Positions 23,191 through 37,331 of a DNA stretch of 64,000 nucleotides are shown here, piece after piece. The stretch is from positions 29,512,001 through 29,576,000 of the forward strand of contig CM120642.1 in NCBI GenBank assembly GCA_051362555.1. Reading direction: 5' to 3'. Source of the stretch: Lingula anatina (lineage: Eukaryota > Animalia > Brachiopoda). The position numbers and the translations under genes were made by a program. The notes beneath the pieces are model-generated. The model was not told where the DNA came from and did not search any database. It saw only the letters and a list, made by a program, of their open reading frames with translations. How positions within the stretch are numbered: the stretch's first letter is position 1; every line of letters begins with the position of its first letter.

Positions 23191-25035
23191 ATTAGTACCA
23201 CCAGCGTGTACGCTGGCGGTACTCATGGTTTTAGTCCCGACCCGTCTCGTACAGCTCCGCCGGCTCCTGCGGCTCCGCCGGCTCCTGCGGCTCCGCCGGC
23301 TCCGCAGTCGGGCGCCGGAAACAAGTCACCGTTACCGCTTCTCCTCCTAGACCGCAAGGACCTGTGTCCCCATCTCTTGGATTTAGGTCACATATAATCT
23401 CAACTTGAACACCCTGGTTTTTTTGTCTCCGTCGGTGCACTGGCCTGGGCGTGACGCTTGTTGAAATGCACCCATGTCAAAATTTTGAAAATTCAATGCT
23501 AAATATCTCCCAAACCAAAGGAATTATGGGAAAAATTACTACAGAAGTCTGACCGAAAGTCATATGTGGAGATTCCAAATATGCCCTTGGATTTGACTTT
23601 TGACCTTTTTTTCAAGGTCAAACAAGCCAAAATTTTCTAAAAATGGGAATTTTCTGTAAAAAAATATTTGTTTGTGCTAATTTTTGGAAACTACGCAGCC
23701 CTAAGCTCTCCTGTTATAGTGAGGGGTTACCATTGGGGACTCCTTTCATCTGTGAGAGTTTGGGGTCAATAAGTGCATTTTCACGCAAGTAGAAGCCATT
23801 AGATACTGAAACTGAAAACTCGCTCTAAATCTGGAACGGTAAATGCCAGAGACCTCTTTTTTATTGCATTTTGTAGACCTTGTCAAGTGCAATACTGGGG
23901 GTGGTGTCCATTTTTTGTTTTTGATATGGCTTAGGCGTTGCCCTATATCAAAAATTACAACATTGCAATATTCAGTGGGGAAAATGTGAAATACTCCAAA
24001 ATTAGCAGAGATACGCCCATAGTTACTATTGAACTTGAATAGGAAGTCATATACTGGTAATCTAACTGTGACCTTGAAATTGACCTTTGACCTACTTTTC
24101 ATTATGAACTGCACTTTGCAAGTTTTCTGATCTTTATATCTCCAAAACTGGCAAAGATATGCCCATAGTTACTATTGAACTTGAATAGGAAGTCGTATAC
24201 TAGTAATCTAACTGTGACCTTGAAATTGACCTTTGACATACTTTTCAGTACTGCACTTTGCAAGTTTTCTGATTTTTATATATCCAAAACTGGCAAAGAT
24301 ACGCCCATAGTTACTATTGAACTTTAATAGGAAGTTATATACTGGTAATCTAACTGTGACCTTGAAATTGACCTTTGACCTACTTTTCACCATGAACTGA
24401 ACTTTGCAAATTTTTCAACCCTTATATCTCCAAAACTGGCAGAGATACACCCATAGTTACTATTGAACTTTAATAGGAAGTCATATACTGGCAGTCTTAT
24501 TGTGATCTTGGAATTGACCTTTGACCTACTTTTCACCATGAACTGAACTTTGCAAATTTTCTATCCCTTATATCTCGGAAACTGGCAGAGATAAGTCCAA
24601 AGTTACTATTGAACTTGAATAGGAAGTCATATACTGGCAATCTTACTGTGACCTTTGACCTACTATTTATGATGAACTGCACTTTGCATGTTTCCTGGCC
24701 TTCATATCTCCAAAATTGGCAAAGAAATGCCCATAGCTACTATTGAACTTCTATAGGAAGTCATATACTGTGACCTTGAAATTGACCTTTGACCTACTTT
24801 TTCACCACAAACTGAACTCTGCATATTTTCTTGCCCCTCATATCTTCAAAACTAGCAGAGATCTGCCTACTGTTGTCCCAAGGTTTTCTCTTTTGTCAGC
24901 AAATATGCAATACTGATAACGCATTTCAAGGAAAACCAATAGGCCTATTGTCTAGAAAATCACAGGAGTCATCAGTGTTAGGAAAATACAGCTCAATTTG
25001 AACATCTGCTTGATTTGAACAGTTATGTTTGTTCG

Positions 25036-25107
<72 letters not shown>

Positions 25108-25296
25108 TTTTTATTTTTATTTTATTTTATTTTTTTGCATATTTTGAGAACTCTTGTTTATTGCATTTTATAGAGCTTGTCAAGCACAAGACTGGTGGTG
25201 GTGTTCATTTTTGGGGGGCGGGGTTTCCATGAGAATGCGCTTACTCCAGCTGGTGGTACAATATCCAGAGGCGGTATCGCCTCTCTGATCCTCTAG
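23191..25296 (+). mobile_element. Non-autonomous Helentron/HINE element, copy B
   Basis: Same architecture as copy A: subTIR 23195-23205, IR 23212-23222, CCGCCGGCT/CCTGCGGCT minisatellite, ~6 monomers of the 146-bp repeat (23990-24870), 3' subTIR 25249-25259, hairpin 25267-25284, CTAG-TT end; includes (TA)n at 25038-25098. Confidence 0.85.
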
Positions 25297-26104
25297 TTTA
25301 TTTTGAGGCTGAAGTCCAAATGCGTTTAATAAACTTAACAATTTAACATACAAATGAAAGATATTGATTTAAAAACATTTAAATATCTTTTAGTTAAATA
25401 AAAGTTAGTCACTTTCTACTAGAGGTCCATCAAAAAGTCATTAAAAAGCACAAAAGCCATAAAGTCACCGTTTCATGGGATTCTTGAAAAGTCTCAATGG
25501 AAAGTCGCATCACATAAATATGGGGAGCTAAGTTGAAAAAAAAAACAGCGTTGGCACGAGCTGAAACCTGAAAGAGAACACATACTCTTAAAGATCCTTA
25601 TAAAGCGTGCTTCGATTTCGAGGGTCAATTTTTATTCCTGAACCCCTTACCAAACTCGATATCCGCCATTGCGGTGAAGTTGCCCCCCCCCCCCCCCCCG
25701 CAAGGTGACAGTCGTGTTATAGGTGGTTTTGTTTTCGATCGGATCACTCGATCAGCCATAAAAAAACTTTAATACTGCACCTTCTTTTAATTTTTGGTCG
25801 TAAAATGACCTGACTTACCTATCAGCCCTGGTTATATGCACCACAGAAAGAAATCAGAAAATATCCGTTCAAATATAATTTACAGGTGATATGAAACGGT
25901 ATTCTTTGGCGTTTAGTTTATTCTCTTTGAAATAATGAGGTGGCATTTAGTCGGCTATGGTGGTATAAAAGTTGACTTCAAATGCATCTTTAAGGATAAC
26001 CAGTGTAGGAGAATGATGTGGTGCGACTGTCACCTGATGCGGGATCAAGGACACGAACAGAGATACATAGTTTGCATACGTTTGACCTTCTCTGAGGACG
26101 CTCA

Positions 26105-26200
26105 TGGGGAAGAGAATTTGAGTAGTCTAAGCTAAATGTGACAAGGGCATTTATGATAGTAGTGGTAGAGAAATTACTGAGATGAGTTTCTAATAACGCA
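26105..26200 (-). mobile_element. Small L2-like LINE remnant
   Basis: TTIINALVTFSLDYSNSL resembles the L2 ORF2 motif LVHALVxSRLDYCNSL. Confidence 0.5.
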
Positions 26201-26919
26201 ATGTTCTTATGTATAGCATGCATGATTTACAAATATGGGATAACTGTTCGCCCATAGATGCACACTCTATAACAAATATAATTGCTTCTAAATTAATTCA
26301 TTTTTCTCTACGAAATTTCGAATTCTTTAGAGCTGTTGCAAATAAAGATAACGTGGTCATGGGTAGTGGTATGGTCCTTAAGTGCGAACTTCATCCTTCA
26401 ACAAGTACTTAAGGTGCATTGACAGACTTGAGTCAATCCTTGTCCGTGGAACCCACACTCGAGTGTTAAGTGCGTCCTTTGTCAATTTAGATTTGATATA
26501 CCATGGGTCAGTGCAGCGTTACGTCAGGGGGGACTTGACCAGTGTGGAGACCACCCGGATTTACGTTCATGAGACACGCAGCACAGAGTTTGTCACCGCT
26601 ATCAGCCCGACCTTGGGCACAGTTTTGAAAGCGCAGCCTTAAGATAACCTTTGACAAATAAACAGAAGACGGCATCTTTCATTGAACTCGACATACGACT
26701 TACCCACGTGCATGGAAGTTTACATAAGACAGATTATATAAACTTCTGTAACCAGATACATACAGTATGGAAAGTTCAACTGCGTAATTCGTCAGTGTAG
26801 GGATGATACGATAAAGATAAACAGTGGTTCGTATAACGCACATCTCTTTGAAACTCCCCAAGACAAGGACGATGCACGTGTAATTATTTCCAGTGCGCAA
26901 GGAGTATATTGCTAACACC

Positions 26920-29900
26920 ATGGAAAAGTTGAAGAGGTTAAGCAAAAGATGCTGTGGATCATGTCGTAAGAAGGAAGAAGAAGATGAAGAGAAGGAAGCT
27001 GACAACAAAATGACAGACTTGGAGCACGTTTTGGCCAAAGTGGGTATGTGAAAAAATAAATTAGATTGGAATTTTCTTGCCAATTACTACTGAACCAGTG
27101 CAGGCTAACTATGAATGATCCAAGTTGATAAAATTGCCAGATACAATATTGTAATAGCCATTTTGACGCAAAAGAATCCACATTTGTTCTCGTGATATTC
27201 TTACAGGGAAAACAACTGCTCATTTTAGCCAAGAAATTTATTTTCTGGGGTTAACGACAATTTCCCCACACTTAAGTAGTAAAATGAATCCGTTTCAACA
27301 TTCAAAGTTACTCTGTTTTTTTTCTAAAAAGTTAAGTTTTCTGTAATAATCTCTTAAAAGATTATTACAGAGAGTAGCCGTATTTAGAAGTTACGTGGTC
27401 CGACGGCAAGCACAAATTCCAGAATAATTGCCATAACCGCCGTTTTGGTGGTAAAATAGAATTTATAATATTACCACATATTACAATGTATTAATTGTGA
27501 AATGTAGATCCCATAAGATTTGTTATCCCTTTTAACGCAAAATGACCTTCTTTGCAACGTCAATACGAAAATGCGCTGTGCATTTGAATAACCATTGTTG
27601 CCTGAAATTGTCATAGTAGCAGGGTGGGGTAAATAATGACCTTAACCTGGAGAACAGGTGTTCTTAGAGGCAAATAGGTCAAAAAGGACATTTCTGGTGA
27701 GCCATGAGTATTATTTAGGCCTGTAAATCTGGAAACGCAGAAAAAGCGTTAGTAACTACATGTATATGCATGTGTATACCTGTATTGTAAAGAGCTGGCT
27801 GAATCTCAAATGTTTTGATACACAGTTGTTTCTATGGTAGGAGTTGATGCTTAACACATATCTGACTTTTTTTCACATCATTTGGTTAGGCTTGTAAAAT
27901 GATGATTTTCCAAAACACAAACAAAATGCCCTAACAAGAGTTTCCTTCACCGACAAGGCCTATAGTTTGTTTTTATGTTATTAGGATTGTAAAATTTATT
28001 CATCTAAAGCTTGCACTGGCATTTTAACATTTCAAATGGAGTTTGCCTACCTTATGATAGTTCACCGTTAGCTGGACAGAGGAGCTAGAATCTCAGTCAG
28101 TATTGTCAAAGTATTACATTTATTGCTGATTTTAAGGTAGGACTGCAGGTTGGAGATTTCATCTTAAATGAAAGGCCTTAGCTTTTTTATTCCTGTTGCA
28201 TTCATTTAATGTATCTTCAACACATCTAATTGTGGTGAATGAAACACAGCTCCAAGTTCGACGTGTGACGTAATGTTGAGAGTTTTTGATGCAAAAACAT
28301 TTTCGGTTTCCTGATTTTCTCAGGCACCTGGACAGCTATAAAAATGCTTTTAATGGTATTATAACACTTGAACGAAGTACTACAAAAGGGGGTCGGGGTT
28401 TTTTGTTAAAAAATTTACTATTGATTTTATCTATAAAAACGTGATTTTTAACCCTGTTTGAGTCCAGTCCCAGCTTAAAGGTAACTAGGTAGATTTCATT
28501 TTGGTTTTAATTGGCAATACTATTTTACAGCTTATGCTTTGGTGTCATGACTGTTTATAACTATCAACTAACGCCTCTTAAATAATTCCATTTTTTCCTC
28601 TGCCTTTTGTATTTTGAACATTTTCTGCTAAAACCAGACATCTTCAAATAGCCATTTCCCACGAAATCTTTTTCAAGACCCCACTCCACGATAAATGGTT
28701 ATTGTTTATGTTAAGAAGGTTATTATTCTGTGAATCGTTAAGATTGGCTTGTTTCACATAGTAAAACACCTTCATTTAAGTCAACAGTTTTACTCCACAA
28801 CATGTACAATTTTGTTTGTGTTTTGATGAAACGTCCAAGCCCAAGCTCTCCACCGGTAAGTCTGTGTAGACTTACCGGTGACAGCTGTGTGCAACAACAA
28901 AGGTGTACCTTTTCCACAGGAGACTTGTCCAAAATGACGTAAACCCCCAAATATCGAGGCCATAATTGGCTTTGGGTATAATCATAGTGTCAAATAGCAC
29001 TTCTTTCAGTTGCAAGTTGAAGTTGTAATGGATGTAAACGGTATATGAAATATAGCAAGGGTGCTGTAGTACCAATATACACTCTTCATCATTATACAAT
29101 TTAATAAATAAGTGGCGACCCTTGGTTCGAAAATGTACCATTCTGCCAGTTTTTCAAGAACAGCAAAATTACCTTTTCATGCACACTGTAACATTACCCA
29201 AATAAAACCTTGATGACAGCATGTAACATTTAATAATTATCGATTTTAGCTAAATGAAGTCGATAGAATTTTTTTCCCGTGACAACAATACTAGTAATAT
29301 ATCCAATACAGACCGAGGCGCGTTAGGCCTGTTAGGCCTACAAGGGTTTTAAAAAACCTTGCTGCTGTCCTTGAAAGAGGTGGTCGAAAGGTGCAAACTA
29401 GGCCTATATTACTCCCCTCTGACTATTTGCTAAGGTAGATCAACAACATGTGTCTTCAACTTCTTTTTTATTTTGCAGCTGTGCATTTCGATGAAATGAA
29501 TGCAGAGTTTCACACATTGACAAAGATATGTCTATATATACATTCTTCATGTTATTACAAAAATGTTATTAAAATTGTCATACCCTTGTACAGTACAAGT
29601 ATGTTGAACATATTTGCATGGTACAAGTGCGTATAGGTTAAGCAGGATAAAGATATAATTGAGGGCATATCTGCTAAATTTAGTTGAATTGCATTTCAGG
29701 TCAGATGGGCTGGTATCAGCTGAGCCTGTTCCTCATAATCTCACTCTCTGATATCCCGGTGTCTTGGGCAATGTTATCTCTTATCTTCACGGGGGACGAC
29801 GCCAGTTGGAGGTGTCCAATCGCGCGCACCAACGTCACTTCCGCTGCAGACGACTATTTGACGGACAATTCCACCACGCTTTTTGACTCTTTACTGTACG

Positions 29901-31345
29901 ATGTCAGCTCCAATGTCAACATTGTCAGTGATGGCACACTGTCAAATGTGTCAAATGTTACCAAAAATTCTAGTGACATGTACACGTATAATACTTGCAC
30001 TGCAGATAACCAAGTCTGTCCAGGAATTGAATTCACTTCAGAATCATCGACAATCGTTACAGAGGTTTGTAAAGGTAGTTTGTACGCGTCTTGGTTAAGT
30101 TGTCCTTATTTATGCCCCCAAAGAAAATAAAGAAAAAAAAATGAAAAATGGATAAATGGGTCTTCATTTTTAAATAAACAAAAAATCAACAATTTATGAA
30201 TGGCAATGTTAATAATCTATCAATTAGTTAAAACGCAATCTTTTTCATTTGTGAGCTTTAAATCAGCTTTAAAACCGTAAAAAAATAACGTTGTATGCAC
30301 CTTCAGATGAAAAGGACGCGTAATTTCACGTAATTTCTATACAAACGCAAGCAATGCACTTGTACTCAGTCTTTAATGACATTGACAGGAATAAAAAGTA
30401 GATATTGAGAACATGACGTACTGTTAATTAAATTTATATCAATTTTATTTCAGTGGAATCTTGTCTGCAACTTGGCCCCAGTGAGTGACCAGATCACCTC
30501 CCTGCAGATGATCGGGGTGTTTTTTGGCTCCTTCATTTACGGACAACTGGCGGACTCGTTTGGTCGCAAGAAGGCGTGGTTCGGTGGTATTCTTCTTATG
30601 TGTTTGACCGGATTTGCCCAGATATATGCTCCAACGTGGTATGTGTTTGCCATACTGAGGCTTATCACGGGCATAAGTCTTGGAGGTAGGTCAACAAGAA
30701 ATCTGGACATATACTCCCTTACATTAGAATAAATGGGGATGGCAGACAGAACTTGAGATCAAAAGTGGTGACGCCTGTGCTTCTAATTAAATTTAAAAAA
30801 ATCATTGCTGTATGAGATTGGTAAAGTTCAGAGCGAAAGATACGAGAAAGACAAGTTCAAGAAACTTTCTACAGTATATCACAGTCCCAATATCAGAATA
30901 TACCAGAATCTCTATATCAGAATGTATACATATTTATTTTTGTTTAAACTGTCATGTCCCAGAATACTGAAAAAGCAGGTCATGCCCCGATATTACACCA
31001 AATTTGCCACATCTCGAAATTCCGCCAAGTCAGTCATATCTTGCTAAAATACCGTGAGAAATTGCCCTATACCAGTATACCACCAATACTTTCATCTTGA
31101 AACCTCATTCACACATATATCCTTTTGTTTCACAGGCACCATAGTGGTTGGATTTGTATACCCCATGGAGTTCATTGGAATCCGGTGGCGTGCGTTTACC
31201 GGATCCATAGGATTGTGGCCTGTCGGCTTGGGTGCACTGGCGGCGTTCGGCTTTACTATTAAGGACTGGAAACAGATTATGTTAGCCACCACATTGCCCG
31301 GACTGGCCCTGCTACTGTTTTGGTTGTAAGAGCTTTTTTGTGTAT

Positions 31346-31388
<43 letters not shown>

Positions 31389-33424
31389 TTTTGAGGGGAT
31401 CGGGAACCTTGACAAAACCTTATTCCACATGCATCAACATGCGTTTGAAATTGTTGTTAACAGCTTTATACTGCAGATTTTTTTTGGTAAGTTTTTGTTT
31501 TGTTGATCAATGATAATACATTTCAAAAACATAATTTTTACTTGAAGCATGGCTTTTCTGATTATAATTAATGAGTTATTCAACTCTCCGGTATCACTTT
31601 TTAACAAATTCCTTTTGACAGTGTGTCTGTTGGTAATTTCTTTTCAGTAAATTATTCAATAATAAATGAGAAAATTATATGCAACATCTAAAAATACTTG
31701 TGGCATACAATCGCACAATATTATATTGATTCAAACTACATATAACATCCAAAGATCAGCACTATGTACAAAAACTAAAATAACAGAGAAGAGTAATATT
31801 GAATGTAAGCAGGATACACATACACAGTTTTCAACTCGCCCGTGGTTAATCATTGGTTGATGAGAGATTTTCTTTCTATTTTCCAGTTATATTCCCGAAA
31901 GCCCCCGATGGCTGGTTACAAGAGGTCGGTACAAAGAGGCAGAGGAAATCATGCAGAGAATAGCCAGGAGGAATAAAAAGGAAATGCCAGACTTTGCAGA
32001 ATTTGTCGCAAATTATGAGGTGAGTACAATTACAAGGGTTGAGTGCTACAGAAACACTACTTACTTTAAATGAGTGTTTTGTACGTTAAAAGTTGGATAT
32101 TCTTTCGTCAGATAGAACAAAAAGTGAAACAACTACATTGTACAGAAATAGAAAGTTAGGTTTGGACAACTAATTCATGTAAATGGGAGGTCAGATCTGA
32201 CATGACTTTTAAGATGTAAACCTCCGTCAAAGCCTTGAAAGTGATCTTTAATGAATTATTTCTCATTTACTTCCAGGCCAATAAGAACCAGGCCAAGGCA
32301 CGCGATTATAGAATCCATGATTTATTTCGCACCCCTAGACAATCCAGGCTGATCGTGATGTTAACATACATTATGTGAGTGACCGCGTTCAAAATATCTG
32401 TTTTTTCACAATGTTGAATTTTTTTTCACTGCCCAGTGACAAGATGGAGTGTGTGCAATTTGGCTTGAACACCCTTTAAACGGTTTTAGTTTAAAAACTC
32501 CTTAGCACCACCAAATCACAATCGAAATCTTGTTAACACACGCACGCGCGCGCGTAACACACACACACACAGCGATATTTATAGAACATTTTGGCAAATG
32601 TTGAATATGTGGTTAACGCAATGTATAAATGTTCTTTTTTGCTCATTATGGCCTTACTTATTTCACAATTCAGGTTCAGCATGGCCCTTTTCGTATATAC
32701 CATGGGGTTCAACGTGAAAAATCTCCCCGGAGGCAAGGCGATTAACTTCGCAATAGGGTTTGGAATAGGTTATCCTACTAGCCTATTCTCCATATATCTC
32801 AATAACTGGTAAGAAGGGTTCCAACATACAGGTAATAGTTCTCAAAATGCCAAATCGTTCTGTAATAATTTATAACTTTTTACTAAAATTAAAAATAATT
32901 GGTTCACTGGGTTTTGTCCATCTCCGAAAGTCCTTGTCCCTAGTGATGGGTATGACTTGATCCTGTCTATTTTCAGTCTAGGACGCCGGTGGACATTTAT
33001 TGGCTTGACAGCACTGGGCGGGGTCCTAACGCTCTCTGTCATCTTGCTTGACGTGTTTGGTAAGAAGAATTGTAAATTATCAATCGATTTAATATCGGGA
33101 CAAACATTCCTTGCAGTGGTTTCCTTTATATTGTATTTCTTTATTTTTTTCTCAAAATCATATTTGCCAAGACTATTACCTCTCCCTATTCCAGAAAACT
33201 GGCATGTATTCATAATGTTCCGTCCAAAAAATGTTCATTTTTACAAATTTATAAGGTACCGATATCGCATATCTCAAACAAGAGGCTTTAAAGATGCATA
33301 CTTAAAAAATATTTATATCAAATCAATGCCACGAAACCCTACAAAATACCATCACAAAGCTTCAAGTGGGATAACCTAATGATAGACAACAGAGATTAAT
33401 TTCGGTTGGTTTTTCTTTTTAGTT

Positions 33425-33471
<47 letters not shown>

Positions 33472-34708
33472 TTCTTGGGGGGGGCTTCCTGTTTTGTGTA
33501 AAAAAAAAAAACTAGTGCAAAATCACACGCATGCACCAACATTGCACTATGCATTGTCCCTCGCTTCTTATATACTGTATATGTATCTTTACATTTCATT
33601 TCTTGACAACAAGATTTAATGGTTTAACATTTGCAGGTGTATATGAGACGGCGTGGCTGGCGGTGGCCTTGGTGTCCACACTGGGTCGGACGTGTGTTCT
33701 GACAGGCTGGACAGCTGCTATGATTATCTCATCAGAGCTGCTGCCAACTCCTATTAGGTATATACAGAAAAGAAATAAATTATACTGGAGTTCCAGTTAA
33801 GTGCTACGTTTACACATTTTAATCCCCTCATGGAGCGTTGCCTAGATTTGATTCTCGAGTGTAGCATGTGTGTGTGTGTGTGATGTTTACGGCACTGAGA
33901 CATATCTTGGACCTTGATTTCAGAGATATAGGTGTGGCCGTAGCGATGGGAGGAAGTCGGCTTGGATCCATAGTAGCACCTCAGTTGGTATATCTAGTAA
34001 GTAACACTCGTGTGTTGCCCTTAATCAGTTTCATTTCTGCTATAGTACATATGCGTATACATTTATATGGACCCTGAGAGGGTTTCTCATCTCAGACTTT
34101 ATTTAAAACGTATTTTAATTTGTTGGCGTACACAAGCTAGACCCCACTCGGTCGGTTCGCAACAAAATGTCAATCTGAAGAAAAAAGCCTGTCACGGACA
34201 AACTCAAGCACCAAGAAAAAAAACTCCTCAAAAAGAGCTTACATGCTGATTTGTTAACAAAAAGAATTGTTTGAAATTGTTTTCTTTTTAGTCAAAACTC
34301 GACAGAAGATATCCGTTCATCATTGGCGGAGTCTTCGCAATAGGAGCGGCAATTACCGGATGGTTCCTGCCAGAAACAAAGGGGCAAGCCTTAGAAGACG
34401 ATGTGCCAAAATGGACGTGGTGCTTCTGTTGTCCATGCGGGTGCGCACGGAACGATGTCGACGAGGATCCGAAATCAGTACATGATGAATTTGCCGATAA
34501 TGACGAGAAAGAACCCCTCGAGGGGCATGAACATAACGTGGACGCGTTATCTGACGGAATGGATTACCTTAGCGCTTTTGGAAGTATTGGGACAATTGAC
34601 TTGCAGTGGCCCTCTTTTACCAATTTGCACTTAACGGTGCCTCACGAGGTAAAGCATCGTGGGAAATACGTTCAGTTGGAGGATTTAAACCACGAAACGA
34701 TAATATAA
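26920..34708 (+). CDS. SLC22-family (organic cation transporter-like) MFS transporter
   Basis: Phase-consistent exons 26920-27043, 29700-30064, 30454-30685, 31136-31325, 31887-32019, 32277-32374, 32674-32808, 32977-33059, 33637-33757, 33924-33996, 34292-34708. Signature motifs STIVTEWNLVC, GQLADSFGRK, IPESPRWL, ELLPTPIR, LPETKG; large N-glycosylated first loop. Confidence 0.93.
28740..29050 (-). mobile_element. Degraded LINE ORF2 C-terminal fragment
   Basis: LFDTMIIPKANYGLDIWGF and VEKVHLCCC..GELG parallel IFDKMIAPILFYGAEVWGY..IEKVQLAFC..GDCG in the LINE at ~46600. Confidence 0.65.
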
Positions 34709-35965
34709 ACTCGTCTCTAAAAGGCGGCAGATTATGGCGCCAGCGTGACCTGGCTGATGCAGACAGCTGTTAAGGCACATGTGCCAAGACGGCTACATTT
34801 TGAAAAAAAAAAAACAATTTGTTTTTCATTTGTGTTTGCAGCATATGCCTGTGATTAATTAAAATATATTGATATGTAGATATTTTGAGCTTATCGTCAA
34901 CATTTCGTGACTCTCTGAACAACCTTTGGCACAAAATCCATAAGCTGCACACATCAGGCTCTAGATTTGAAGGATTTGCAATTTTTTTAATGGAGCGTAA
35001 ACGTGGGGGATCCATTAAAATTTACGTCTTACTGACAAAATACATATATTGATAAGCCACGTGTCTTCAGTTTTGTTTGTACATGTACCATATGTCTGAT
35101 AATCTTTATATTTCAGTCAGGGGTAGATAACTTGAATTTAATGCGTAAAAATCTTTATATTCACGATAGAACTAACCGCCTGTGTAGTCAGAGACCGTTT
35201 CGGTTGAAACGTTATTAAATATTTTTGATATTATAAATGTCCGACCACTAATTATATAAGATACAGTCTATGTTATAACAAACAGATAATCAAATAAATT
35301 TAATCACTATTGTCAAAATACATGACAGGAATAGTGTATCGTACATTATCAAAAAATTAAATAATCGCCAAAAATGCCGAATTTTGATCACAAACGTCAT
35401 TTAAAAAATATTCAAAGGTTTTGTGTGGCGCTTAAATAGACAGTTGAGAACGTAACGTTGACTTCAATCCAATTACCATATAGTATTGTCTGTGGGACGC
35501 ATAAAACATTCTTGTCTCATACTGTTTTTTCTATTCTGGAGGTTCAAAGTTTTCTTGATTCACAATATCGCAAACGTACAGTGTGTCTCAATACTATTTA
35601 TTCTTAAATTTTTAATGAGCAACCCTACAATAACAACCGAAGTAACAGAAGCTTTTTAGCATTGAGTATTGCGTTCGACAGATGCACATATCTGATAACG
35701 TCCATGTCATTCACGTTATATTTTAATTCACTGACATGAGTATGAGATTTCTATATCATCATATAAAATAATGCTTATTGCATTGATTATAAGCAAAATC
35801 TGTACAAAAAAGTGATTGTTTTTGTATAATTGATATTTGCCTTTCAGACATTTCCTTAACCTGAACTCGGGAATGAATAAACTTTTTGAAAATACTAAGT
35901 GCAAGAAACAGAACGTCTATTCTGACTATATTCACTGCAATTACGAATATCAAACATTCATTCAA

Positions 35966-36939
35966 TTACTCTTGTTTCTTAATGTTGTACTGCGCCTCTT
36001 TGCAATCAATGAACAAATCTTGTAATTGCAAAAAGGGAACCCCTTCTCGCTGTCGTAGCCAGTATCTAACCACGGTTTTAGCCTCTTCTTTCACCTTTTG
36101 TAGTTCTAGTGGATCTTTTAATTCATCTACAAAGCCGTCCCCTAGTTCTGATATCATCTTTTGAACCATTTCTGAAAAATCAATATATATTATTGTCCGT
36201 ATCACGACATTTCTAAAATTTGATTTTTATCTTGCATTAGTGCATTAAATAAAACTTATGGCAATGATTTAACCTCTCAGGTTGATAGATTTTATCAGAA
36301 CTTGAAACCATGTTTGAAATCGTGTCAAATACAAATTCTGTCGCTCAAAATTTAATGTAAAAATGCTTAGCCTTTTATCCAGGTGAGTATAACAATTTTT
36401 TCATCTATTTTAATATTTCTTTTCCATGACCACAATTTTAACTGTTTCAGTTTACCTTCCGTCAAAATATTTTCCCATGCTTCAACCTTAATTCTTTGAA
36501 ATTCTTCGACCTCCAAACCGTTCGACGTGGCACTTTCTTGTCCATCATTATGGTCTGTTCTTGGTGTACACAATGCTCCAACTTCACAAATAGCTTTTGA
36601 ATTAAATAGAATAGACAAGGAAATTACAGTGGGGAAAACTTAACTTTTTTGTTCTGAAAAGATCATACTTGTGAAGCTGTGAAAGTTCTACATATGTATA
36701 CACCGTAATGATTATCAAACACTAGTGCACATTTCTGTCAATTTTCCTGCTTTTGAAAGTTCTTCACTCTGGTCTGAGTTTAATACATGAGTCTCCTGCT
36801 CGTCGGAATCTTTCTCCGTAGTGCCATCCTCTTCCCTGTTGGTGCCCCCTCTCCTGGTGCTGTCTTTCGTTTCTGTGCTTTCTATGCAATGAACATGCGA
36901 TCCACACGGAACTGTGTGTTCAGTGACAGGTTGTGGAAC
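35966..36939 (-). CDS. Uncharacterised protein, probable last three exons
   Basis: Exons 36593-36456 and 36171-35966 have good splice sites and join in phase (EEFQRIKVEAWENILTE-EMVQKMISELGDGFVDELKDPLELQKVKEEAKTVVRYWLRQ...stop). An open acidic frame at ~36939-36720 likely precedes them. Upstream donors at 37564 and 37907; the 5' structure is unresolved and I recognise no family. Confidence 0.45.
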
Positions 36940-37331
36940 TTATATAGGCAGACAAAGACAAAGTCAATACCTTCAAAACTGAACGTTAAATAATAAACAA
37001 AAACTTATATAATTAAAGAAATTAATTTTTTTTTCGTTATAATTCTTATACTAACGAAACTATATACATGTCCATGAACTTCAAAATAGACTGACAGAGC
37101 GTATTTCCTTAAATTTAAGACGGAGACTTCCATTGGTTGTTGGTCGTATTACTCTTCCTCGATGTTCAGAAACATGGGTCACTATAACAAGCATATATAT
37201 ATCGAAAAAACTGATGACAAATTATGTATGAAAATACACATAATGGCGAAGATATTGATTCTAGTCAATAAGACATCAGCAATATCTGGAGAACATCAGG
37301 TTTCAGTTAAAACAAACGTAAACATTATACG

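Noticed and set aside
23045-23440. ORFs with APPAPA / LRRLRR repeats (also 9880-9959)
   Set aside because: They are translations of the 9-bp GC-rich minisatellite in the HINE 5' module.
26410-26642. Possible MITE bounded by TTAAGG...CCTTAA
   Set aside because: The inverted match beyond the first few bases is too weak to call.
29710-29721. GCTGGTATCAGC resembling the 3'UTR hairpin motif
   Set aside because: It is inside an SLC22 coding exon (GWYQL) and lacks the second CUGG.
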